Assembly: GCF_963921235.1 (NCBI RefSeq)
Contig: NC_086108.1
Location: forward strand, 104,472,001-104,536,000
Length of the DNA stretch: 64,000 bases
Source: Mobula hypostoma
Lineage: Eukaryota
Direction: 5' to 3'
A program made the translations under genes and the position numbers. Of the stretch, positions 12,563 to 23,008 are shown piece by piece; within the stretch, counting starts at the first letter, position 1, and each line of letters starts with the position of its first letter. Under the pieces are notes generated by a model. That model had not been told where the DNA came from and did no database searches. It saw nothing but the letters and a program-made list of their open reading frames with translations.

Positions 12563-13665
12563 AGTCATTCAACGGGAGAAAGGCAGTTCCGTCCCAGCTA
12601 CACTTTCAGTACGCTGGATGAACTCAGCAGGTCGGGCAGCATCAGTTAGAAACGATGAGTCGACGTTTCGGGCCGGAACCCTTCGTCAGGACTGAAGAAT
12701 AAAAGATGGTGAAGGATTTGAGGAATGCTTGTAGCTTCAGTTGAAAGACCAGTAATTTGAAAGACAAAGGGGTGGGGGAGGGGAAACATTGACATCATAG
12801 CCCTGAAAACAATGGGTGGTAGAAGAAGGAGGCGGAACCATGAGGGAGCTGGGGGAGGGGGTAGAGTGACATAGGGATAGGGGAAGGGAGGGGGAGGGAA
12901 TTACTGGAAGTTGGAGAGTTCTATGTTCATACCAAGGGGCTGGAGACTACCTAGACGGTATATGAGGTGTTGCTCCTCCAGCCTGAGTTTAGCCTCATCC
13001 TGGCAGTAGAGGAGGCCATGTATAGACATATCTGAATGGGAGTGGGAAGCAGAGTTGAATTGGGTGGCTACTGGGAGATCCTGTCTGTTGTGGCGGAAGG
13101 AGTGGTGGTGCTCGACGAAGCGGTCCCCCAATCTGCGTTGGGTTTCACCGATGTAGAGGAGGCCGCACTGGGAGCACCGGATGCAATAGATGACCCCAAC
13201 AGACTCACAAGTGAAGTGTTGCCTCACCTGGAAGGACTGTTTGGGGCCCTGAATGGTGGCAAGAGATGAGGTGTAGGGACAGGGGTAGCACTTACACTTA
13301 CAGGGATAAGTCCCGGGTGGGAGATCCATGGGGAGGGACGTGTGGATAAGGGAGTCGCTGAGGGACCGATCCCTGCGGAAAGCGGAGAGGGGTGGAGAGG
13401 GAAAGATGTGCTTAGTGCTGGGGTCCTGTTGAAGGTGGCGGAAGTTGCGGAGGATAATGTGCTGGACCCGGAGGCTGGTGGGGTGGTAGGTAAGGACAAG
13501 GGGAACTCTGTCCCTGTTGTGGTTGCGGGAGGATGGGGTGAGGGCCAAAGTGAGGGAAATGGAGGAGATGCAGGTGAGGGCATCATTGATGATGGTAGAA
13601 GGGAAACCACGACCCTTAAAGAAAGAGGACATTTGAGATGTCCTGGAACGGAAAGCCTCATCCTC
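12563..13665 (-). mobile_element. Penelope-like element 3' part (GIY-YIG endonuclease and terminal repeat)
   Basis: ORF 12901..13632 with VIYCIRCSQCGLLYIGETQRRLGDRFVEH, a pyrimidine-rich UTR, and a hammerhead-containing terminus. Confidence 0.9.
12658..12693 (-). ncRNA. Minimal type I hammerhead ribozyme motif in the PLE terminus
   Basis: Minus strand: agtc-CTGACGA-agggttccggccc-GAAAC-GTC-gact. Stem I is agtc/gact, stem II is ggg/ccc, and stem III is the palindrome ACGT. Confidence 0.75.
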
Positions 13666-13799
13666 ATCCTCATCCTCTGCTCCAAGCCTTTCCTTGCTAA
13701 AGCCTCGAAGAGCTAAAGCCTCAGTTCCCTAGTCTAACACTCTCCACTTCATCAATGGTTGCTCCAACAAAAAAAATTACTGGTTTTATACCCTGCCTA

Positions 13800-15950
13800 T
13801 AATGAAGGTTAACATTGCATTTGCCAACTCAACCTCCAAATTAATCTTTAGCAAATCCTGCTAATTCTTTGCTTATTCTCCAAATTTAAGTCATTCTGCA
13901 ACCTCCCTGCTTCCTCAACAACACCTGCCCCTCCATCTATCTTCGTGTTGTCTGCAAGCTTGGCCACAAAACCATCAATTCCGTCATCCAAATCATTGAC
14001 ATATAACATAAGAAGAAGCAGTCCCAACACAGACCCCTGTGGAACACTACTAGTCTCCAGCAGCCAACCAGAAAAGGCTCCCTTTATTTCCACTCTTTAC
14101 CTCTTACCAATCAGCCACTGCTTTATCCATGCAAGAACCTTCACTGTAATACCATGGCCTCTTAACTTTTTAAGTAGCCTCATGTGTGGCACCTTGTCAA
14201 AGGCCTTCTGAAAATCCAAGTGTACAACATCAACTGATTCTCTTTTGTCTATCCTGCTTGCTATTTCTTTAAAGAATACCAACAGATTTGTCAGGCATAA
14301 GGAAACCATGCTATTTTATCATGTGCCTCCAAGTACCCTGAAATGATATACCTAACAATTGAATCCAACATCTTCCCAACTGCTGAGGTCAGACTAATTG
14401 GCTTATAATTTCCTTTCTTCTGCTTCTCTCCCTTTCTGAAGAGTGGAGTGACATTTTTAATTTTCCAATCCTCCAGAATCATGCCAGAATCTATCGATTC
14501 TTGAACGATCATTACTAATGGCTTCATTATCTCTTCAGCCACCTCTTTCAAAACTCTGGTGTGTAGATCATTTGTTCCAGGTGGCTTATCTACCTTCAGA
14601 CCGTTTAGTTTCCTAAGCACCTTCTCCCTAGTAATGGCAACTTCATTCACTTCTGCCCTATGACACTCTCGAACATCTGGCATACTGCTAGTGTCTTCTG
14701 AAGTGAAGATTGATGCAAAATACTTATTTAGTTCAACCACAAATTCCTTGTCCCCCATTACTGCCTCTCCAGCATTATTTTCCAGCTGTCCGATATTCAG
14801 TCCTTGCTCTTTTACACTTCATGTATCTGAAGAAACTTTTGGTATCCTCTTTAATGTTATTAGGTAGTTTCCCCCTGTACCAGTTTCTCAGGTCACACAT
14901 TCATCCACCAAATACTCCTATTCTTACCCTTACTGGCACATGGCACAGTTCACAATCTAGAGGTTACTCCCCCGGAAGTCCTGCTTTTCCTCTTCCTACC
15001 TAGCTCACTAAAATCTCTCATCAGGACCCGCTCACCTTTCCTACCTATGTCATTGGTGCAACTAAGTACCGAGATTTCTAGCTGTTCTCTCTCCTCCTTT
15101 AGGATGCTGTTGACCTGATCTGAGACATCTCCAACCCTGGCACCTGGGAGGCAACATACCATCTAGGTGTCTCTACTGTCCCCACCGAATCTCGTCCCCG
15201 TTCCTCTGACTATGGAATCAACTATTACTACTGCAGTCCTCTTTGTCTCTCTTCTGTTCTGAGCCTCAGTGCCAGAAGACAAGAGAAGTGAAGAGGATTG
15301 CAGTGGTGATAGAAGATTTCAGTGCCAGACTCTGTGCCAGAGACCTCTCCCTAATGGGTTGTTCCTCTCAACAGTATCCAAAATGCTATACTCTAAATGA
15401 CCTCAGGGATACTCTTTACTGGCTGCCCATTTCCCCTTTTCCTCTGACAGTCACTTAGTTACCTGCCATCTGCAACCTAGGGGTGACTACCTCCCAGTAG
15501 CTGCTATATAACACCTCCTTATTCTCCCGTATCAGCTGCAGCTCCCGTTTCTTAACATTCTCTGAGGAGCTGCAGCTCTTTCCACCTGGTGCAGATGTTG
15601 TTACCTGGGAGGCTATAGCTCTCCCAGAATTCCAATATCTTACACAAAGAATAAAACACTGCCTCTGAAATCATTCTCACTGCTCTAACAGTTGAGGAAT
15701 GAAGAATATAGGAGAAGAAGAAAGTTACCAGATACCTACCTCGCCCAAGCCTGATCTTGTCAAAGACAAAGACTCACCACCCTAACACTTGCCCACTCCA
15801 ACACTGACCGCTCTGCACAACCCTGCCTTACTCTTATTTTGCCCTTGGTAATAAATTTTATTCACTGATTGGCTGTAGTTCAAATTTGGAGAAGTACTGT
15901 GAGGTGCTGCTTTTTTAATCTTCAATCTCGGACCGGGTGACGTTGCGTTC
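13800..15950 (-). mobile_element. CR1 LINE, internally deleted (ORF1 esterase joined to RT)
   Basis: ORFs 14950..15162 (VCCLPGARV), 14291..14758 (NYKPISLTS), 14097..14309 (LDFQKAFDKVPH) and 13848..14093 (VPQGSVLG). Confidence 0.85.
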
Positions 15951-16175
15951 TCTTCTTATGCTCCCGTTCACTGCTTGACCATAGTTCAAACTTCAAAACT
16001 TGTCTTTGAAGCACTGCTTTTTAAATCTTCTATCACGGACTGTGTGAAGCTACCTCTTCTTCTCTTGCTGATTAGCCACAGTTCAAACTCTAGGTCATTC
16101 AGGACACTTATGTTCATATCAACAGGAGGATTGGAGAGACAAGTACATCCCTGCCCTTTTCTGTCCTGCTACAAG

Positions 16176-16312
16176 TACACTCAGTGGTAACTTTATCAGG
16201 TATCTCCTGTACCTAAGAAAGTGGCCACTGAGTGTATGTTCATGGTTTACTCCTGCTGTAGCCCATCCACTTCAAATTCAATGTGTTGTGCATTCAGATG
16301 CTGTTTTTCTGA
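16176..16312 (-). mobile_element. Tc1-like remnant with a terminal double-TIR hairpin
   Basis: tacactcagtggtaactttatcaggta...tacctaagaaagtggccactgagtgta (16176-16236), followed by sequence inverse-similar to 59010-59085. Confidence 0.7.
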
Positions 16313-17166
16313 TACACTGCGCCTTGAAGATGTCCTGGGTACTTTGTGGGCTAGTACCCAAGATAGAGCCAGCTAAATTTATGACATTCTGCAGCTTCTT
16401 TTGGTCCTATGAAGTAGCCCCCCCACCCCTCCGCCATACTAGACAGTGATGCATCCTGTCAGAATGCTCAAGGTGTATCTATAGAAGTTTTTGAGTGTTT
16501 TTGTTGACATACTAAATCTCTTCAAACTCCTAATGAAGTATAGTCACTGTCTTGCCTTCTTTATAGCTGCATCAATATATTGGGACCAGGTTAGGACGTC
16601 AGAGATCTTGACACCAAGGAACTTGAAACTGCTCACTGTCTCCACTTCTGATCCCTGTATGAGGATTGATATGTCTTACCCTTCCTGAAGTCCACAATCA
16701 ACTCTTTCATCTTACTGACGTTGAGTGCCAGGTTGTTGCTGTGGCACCACTCCACTAGTTGGTATATCTCGCTCCTGTATGCCCTCTCGTCACCACCTGA
16801 GATTCTACCCACAATGGTTGTATCAACAGCAAATTTATAGATGGTATTTGAGCTTTGCCTAGCCTCACTGTCATGGGTATAGAGAGAGTAGAGCAGTGGG
16901 CTAAGCATATACCCCTGAGGTGTGCCAGTGTTGATCATCAGCGAGGAGGAGATATTATCACCAATCTGCACAGATTGTGGTCCTCCAGTTAGATTGTGGT
17001 CTTCCAATTGCAGAGGAAGGTACAGAGGCCCAGGTTTTGTAACTTCTCAATCAGGATTGTGGGAATGATGGTGTTAAATACTGAGCTATAGTTGATGAAC
17101 AGCATCCTGACATAGGTGTTTGTGTTGTCCAGGTGGTCTAAGGCTGTGTGAAGAGCCATTGAGATT
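16313..17166 (-). mobile_element. Rex1/Babar-like LINE RT fragment
   Basis: NTGTPQGYMLSPLLYSLYTHD...KFAVDTTIVG...LNVSKMKELIVDFRK (ORF 16633..17007). Confidence 0.85.
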
Positions 17167-19015
17167 GAGGGTGGAAGCTGGAGGCGAAGTTGATGAAGTT
17201 GACAAGCTCAGCATGGGTGCAAGAGGCAGCACCAGCGCCGTCATCGATGTGGCGTAGGAAAATTTGTAGAGTGATACCAGTGTAGGCTTGAAACATAGGC
17301 TGTTCCATGTAGCCGACAAAAAGGCCGGCACAGCTGGGACCCATGTGAGTGCCAATGGCTACACCTTTTGTTTGAAGGAAGTGGGAGGAGGTGAAGGAGA
17401 AATTATTGAGAGTGAGGACAGGTTACGCTAGACAGTGGAGAATGGTGGTGGGTCTGGTGTCCAGAAAGAAATGGAAACCTTTGAGGCCTCCCTGGTGGGG
17501 TTGGAGGTGTACAGGGACTGGACATCCATAGTGAAATTAAGATGATCGGGGCTAGAGATCTTGAAATCATTGAAATGATCAAGAGCATGCGAAGAATGTA
17601 GGAAGGAACCAGGGGGGATAAAACTGAGTTGAGGTATGCAGATATAAGTTCAGTGGAGCAGGAACAAGCAGAAGCAATGTATCTACCTGGACAGGCAGGT
17701 TTATGGATCTTGGGAAGGAGGTAGAAATGGGAGGTGCGGGGTGAGGGAACCATGAGGTTAGTGGAAGTGGATGGAAGATCTCCAGAGATAATAAGGTGGA
17801 TGATGGTGTGGGTGGCAATGGCCTGGTGCTCCTTAGTGGGATCCTGTTCAAGGGGTAAGTAAGAGGATGTGTCTGTCAGTTATCGTTGGGTCTCAGCAAG
17901 GTAGAGGTCAGTACACCAGACTACTACTGCACCTCCCTTATCTGCAGGTTTGATGGTGACCATAGGATTACTGTGCAGGGAGTGGAGAGAAGAGCATTTG
18001 GAAGGAGTGTGGTTAGAATTGGAGAGAGGGGTGGTGAAGAGGAGATGGTTGATGTCCCGTCGGCAGTTGGCAATGAAAAGATCCAGAACAGGTAAAAGAC
18101 TAGAGCGGAGAGGAGGAGGGTTGAAGACAGGAGAAGGGGTTATTGGTGCGGACTGGAGTGTTCTTGTCAAAGAAGTAGGCACAGAGACAGAGTTGGCAGA
18201 AGTAAGAGCTCAGCGTCATGGTGGGCGCGGAACTCATTGAGGTGTGGGTGCAGATGGACAAAGGCGAGGACCTTACTGAGGACAGAACATTCTGCCTCAG
18301 AGAGGGGAAGGTCAGAGGGAATGGTGAAGATCCGGCATGGATGAGAGCTGGGATCAGAGTGGGGAAATGGGATTGGTAGTGTCTGAGGAGGGTAGAGGGT
18401 TTGGAGTGTTTAGGGAAGGAGGGGTGAGAGGAAGCTGGAGTCTCTGAGGACCCAGGAGCTGGCGGTGGAACCTGAGAGGTATGGGATTGCAGCATGGTGG
18501 TAGCAGAACGGGAGATGGGTGTTCTAGCAGCAGCACATAAAGTCCCGGCCAGAAGGTGCTGTCGGTAAAGGCTGGAGTTGGAGTTGGAGATTTATGCAAT
18601 CGGCACTTAGAAGGTGTTCAAGGTCGTTGGAAACTGCATTGATGTTGGTGGAGTCCAGCTTCTGAATCTGCTCAGGATTGTTACAATTGTTGAGGTTGGC
18701 AGCAGAGGTCGCAGTCTGGAGATGTACGTGCCTGTCCGCGTTGGAGACGGCAGGTTCTGTAGTCTGAAGACGGGAGATCTTCCAATCTTTATCTTTGCAA
18801 GACATGAGACGGTCAAAGAACCGGCGACTGAAAGCATGGATCTGGCAGAGGATAAAGTAGCATACAGATCCATTACAGGCAGCGGAGAGAGAATACCAGA
18901 CTGGTGGAAGTGATAGGGATAGGGAACCTAGGTAGCTTTCGTGGCAGAAAGCATGGCACAGAGAGCATGGTGGGAGAAGCAGTCAATTGAATGTGAGTAC
19001 CTGGGGTCCCCAGAG
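17167..19015 (-). mobile_element. Penelope-like element N-terminus and RT, decayed
   Basis: TIKPADKGGAVVVW, FYLLPKIHK and MG..MGPSCAGLFVGYME..FLRHIDD, spread over frameshifted ORFs. Confidence 0.85.
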
Positions 19016-19978
19016 GAGTCCTTCATCAAAGAAAGGGGTTTCCCTTCCTCCACCATCATAAGACCATATGACATAGGAGCAGAATTAGGCCATTTAACCC
19101 ATTCAGTCTGCTCCGCCATTCAGTCATGGCTGATCCTTTTTTCCCTCCTCAGCTCCACTCCCTGGCCTTCTCCCTGTAACCTTTGATGCCATGGCCAATC
19201 AAGAACCTATCAATGTCCGCTTTAATACACACTGGCCTCCACAGCTGCCTGTGGTACAAATTCTACAAATTCACTTTCTTCTGGCTGAAGAAATTTCTCC
19301 GTATCTCTGTTTTGAAAGGGGCCCCTCGGTCCTGAGGTTGTGCCCTCTTGTTCTAGACTCCCTCACCACGTGAAACATCCTTTCCCGATCTACTCTGTCT
19401 TGGCCTTTCAATTTCAACATTCTAAATTCCAATGAGTACAGACCCAGAGCTATCAAATGTTCCTCACATGATAACCCTTTCTTTCCTAGAATCATCCTTG
19501 TGAACTCCTCTGAACTCTCTCCAACGACAGCAAATCTTTTCTTAGATGAGGAACCTAAAACTGTTCACAATACTCAAGGAGAGGCCTCAGCATCACATCT
19601 CTGCTCTTCTAGACCTCTTGAAATGAATACTAACATTGCATTTGCTTTTCTCACTTCCGACTCAACCTGCAGGTTAACCTTTAGTGTAATCTGCACAAGG
19701 ACTCCCAAGTCCCCGGCATCTTAGATTTTTGGATTTTCTCCCCATTTAGAAAATAGTCTGCACATTTATTTCTCCTACCAAAGTGCATAACCATGCATTT
19801 TCCAACATTGTATTTCATTTGCCACTTTCTTGCCCATTCTCCTAATCTGTCTAAGCCCTTCTGCAGCCAACCTGTTTCCTCAACACTACATGCCCCTCCA
19901 CCAATCTTCGTATCACCCGCAAACTTGGCAACAAAGCCATCTATTCCATCATCTAAATCATTGATATACAGCTTAAAA

Positions 19979-20221
19979 GGTCTACGCAGAGGTCTAAAAA
20001 GAGAAGAGAAACTGAGGCTTGCTGCTGAAGAAAAGCGCACTCATCGGAAAAACAGCACCAAGACAACACTGGAGGACAGTGCCTTCAAGTGCAGTCGCTG
20101 CAGCCGAGACTGTCACTCCTGTGTGGGCCTCTACAGCTACAACAGACGCTGCTCTAACACAGACTGAAGCAAGACTTTCCAGGCGCAGATCCATGGTCTT
20201 GCGAGACTAACGGATGCCACC
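19979..20221 (+). mobile_element. RTE-clade LINE 3' end with an 11-bp TSD
   Basis: C-terminal zinc-finger-like FKCSRCSRDCHSCVGLYSYNRRC. TSD acagcttaaaa at 19968-19978 and 20222-20232. Confidence 0.8.
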
Positions 20222-20279
20222 ACAGCTTAAAAAGAAGTGGTCCAACACTAATGTTCCCTCTAATTTTTAGTAGTCAGTG

Positions 20280-21083
20280 ACTGGGTTGCCAAACCAGCAG
20301 AAATGGAACGCTTGTTGGAGTCTGCGATTACTAGGAACTAATAAAGTTTTATTAAAGAAATAAGTAATACAGTACTCTAATTGTAAGGATATAAATGTAA
20401 CAGGTTAGCAATGACAATACACACATATACACAGAACTAGGGCAATAGGAATCAACCAAGCTCTATCGCAGTCTAGGGGTAAAATGATCAGTCTTAAGTG
20501 AAGCAGAGTTCAGTTCAGTTTAGTGCAGTTCGAAGTAATTGCTGTTGTACCGTGGGGGGGGGGAGGGAGAGGGAGAGAGGGAGAGAGGGAGAGAGGGAGA
20601 GAGAGAGATGCAGTTGGCTTCAGGCAGACCTTTTGATGTCTTCTAATCCCGCTGTGGTCACCGACTGTGACCCCTCCATTCCGGATACGGTCGTTCTTCC
20701 GCGGTGAACCCGGCACCCAGGCAAGGGCGGACACACACCCCAGGTTCCCACCGATCGTACCTTTACACCCTGTGAGCCTCTGATCGGTTCCCGCGAACCG
20801 GTCCTCCAAACTCTCACCAACTTGTGGGGGCACACTGCTCTTTCCAGGGTCTCGTGGTGTCTCGTGCCTTAGCAAACCTGCTCTTTTTATCCCCCCCGCT
20901 GGGGTATCACCTGTCCATCAAACTTCAAACAGTTCAGGTTCAAAGCAACCGGGTCTGTCAATATCTGAATTATGTTTCTTGCTCGTTAATCTCTCTCTTC
21001 TCTCTCATTAGCATTTTGAATGTTTCTCCATTCTCTCATTAGCATCATCCATCCGGTAACTCTACTTGGCGTCACACATGACA
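20280..21083 (-). repeat. 3' LTR of the Gmr1-type element (outer ~15 bp deleted)
   Basis: Direct repeat of 33031-33879. An adjacent ccccc at 21084-21088 reads as the PPT end on minus. Confidence 0.92.
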
Positions 21084-21395
21084 CCCCCATGCTTAAAAAG
21101 ATTTTTACTGGGGTAAAAATTATGGGCATGAATGCACATTATAAAATACACACTAATATGCAGGTAGTTACCAGCTATTCGGCTAATACAGAGAACTTTA
21201 AGTTTTAACACCTTAACAGACAATCAGCAATTACATCATCCGTTCCTTTTATATGTTTAATCTTGAGTTCCGCCTGCAGCACAATGGAGTAACATATAAA
21301 TTCGGTGGCTGCCTTTAATTCCTCCTTTTCCCCAGTTTAATCCTTGAATTATTCAACTTTTACTTTCTGGATCTTGGAGTGAAATAGCGGTCATT

Positions 21396-22178
21396 ATGTC
21401 GTATCCTTTAAGAAGTGGAAAACAGCCTTTTGAACCCAGCAATGGAAAGGGAAAAACTTCGAAAGAAAAATCAGAAGACATGACTGACGGGGCTGAGCAT
21501 TTGGAACGTATGTTGATGGATCTCGATAATAAAATGGATAATAACACTTCTGAGTTGAAGTCGTTCCGACAGAGTTTACAGACTATTGAGGAAAATATTC
21601 TTTCCCTGAATACTGAGTTTAAAAAATCGAAATATCAGATTGTGGATATTTCAACCCGATTGGAACAGGCTCAACGCAAAATTGTCGATTTAGAGGCAAA
21701 GTCTCGAAGGAACAACATTCGTATTTTAGGTCTTCCGGAAGGCTCAGAATCTGGAGATCTATTGGATTATTTTGCCAATCTGCTTCAATCTCTGTTCCCG
21801 GATATTCTATCTCAGCCTCCCGATATTGAAAGAGCTCACAGAATTTTCACTGCGTCAGGGAAAGCTCGACCAATTTTAGTCAACTTTCTTCACTTTAAAG
21901 TTAAAGACCAAATTATAAAATATGCAAGAAAACAGAAAGTTTTAAAATTTAACGGTTCCGAGACCCGTTTTTATGAAGATTATCCACGGGAAGTTATGCA
22001 ACAACGGATTAAGTTCATACCGGTCATGAAGATTGCTTACAAAAAAACTCTGTTTCCATCCCTGAGATATCCAGCGAAACTAAAGCTATTTCCTAAAGAC
22101 TCTACTCCTCGTGTCTTCTTGGATCCCCAAGCGGCATTGGATTTTGTCAATTCTATTGTGGAATCGTCTGATGTATGA
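21396..22178 (+). CDS. L1 ORF1p (coiled coil plus RRM/CTD, Transposase_22-like), open frame
   Basis: DLEAKSRRNNIRILGLPEG, IERAHR, RPILVNF, LRYPAKL. Confidence 0.85.
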   Translation: MSYPLRSGKQPFEPSNGKGKTSKEKSEDMTDGAEHLERMLMDLDNKMDNNTSELKSFRQSLQTIEENILSLNTEFKKSKYQIVDISTRLEQAQRKIVDLEAKSRRNNIRILGLPEGSESGDLLDYFANLLQSLFPDILSQPPDIERAHRIFTASGKARPILVNFLHFKVKDQIIKYARKQKVLKFNGSETRFYEDYPREVMQQRIKFIPVMKIAYKKTLFPSLRYPAKLKLFPKDSTPRVFLDPQAALDFVNSIVESSDV

Positions 22179-23008
22179 AAGATATTAGAGTCTCTGAATA
22201 ATTCTCCGAAAGAAAACAGGCTTTGAAGATCTCGGTATGCTGAAGATATCTTTTGATCGATGGATTACTTAAAGAAGAGGTGGTCTTCTTGGTTTGATTA
22301 AAGAATGACTTTTTTTTTTGAAGGCTGTTTAGTACACGGAGTGAATTAATACAACGGATAGATTGCGATCTGGTTTGATTATCTGTTTCTATTTTTCTTT
22401 TTCTTTATTAATTAAGTGATAGGTTGCTTACAGTTTATATAGATTTTTTTTCTTATTTTTTGGAGTGTTTAATAGATAATTAGCTTTAATTCTTTTGTTA
22501 AATAAGGTAGTAGGTTAAAGAATAATGACGCTGCTTTTCTCTCTAGAGATTAAACTGTTTGGGTTAATAGTATTGTTTTGGCGTCTTTGGACTGTCGTTG
22601 CATTCCTTTAACTTATTTTCATTGATTAAGTATAAACATTTTTTTCTTTGCTGGGCTTTTTTTATCTTAAGGTTACGTATTTTCTTTGTAAGGGGGATTG
22701 CCCCAATTGGGAGAAAAAAACTTTTAATCATTATTTAAACTAAGCGGCACGCGGAACCCCGTTCTTATGTCTCTTTTCTTGAGGATGCGTTCTGGCTTTT
22801 TCTTTCTTTCGCCGGATTTTCTTCCTTGGGGATGGTGGGATGTTTGGGGGTATTTTTGTATTTTGGGTGATTTTTTTTCCACACACACTTTCTGTATTTT
22901 TTCCCCATTACGGAGTTCCAGAGCATGCGCATTTTCTATTTGGTTATGTTCATCACCGCCATCTTTGATTAGCCCGCGATTATATTGTCGTGTTCAGAAT
23001 AATATCCA

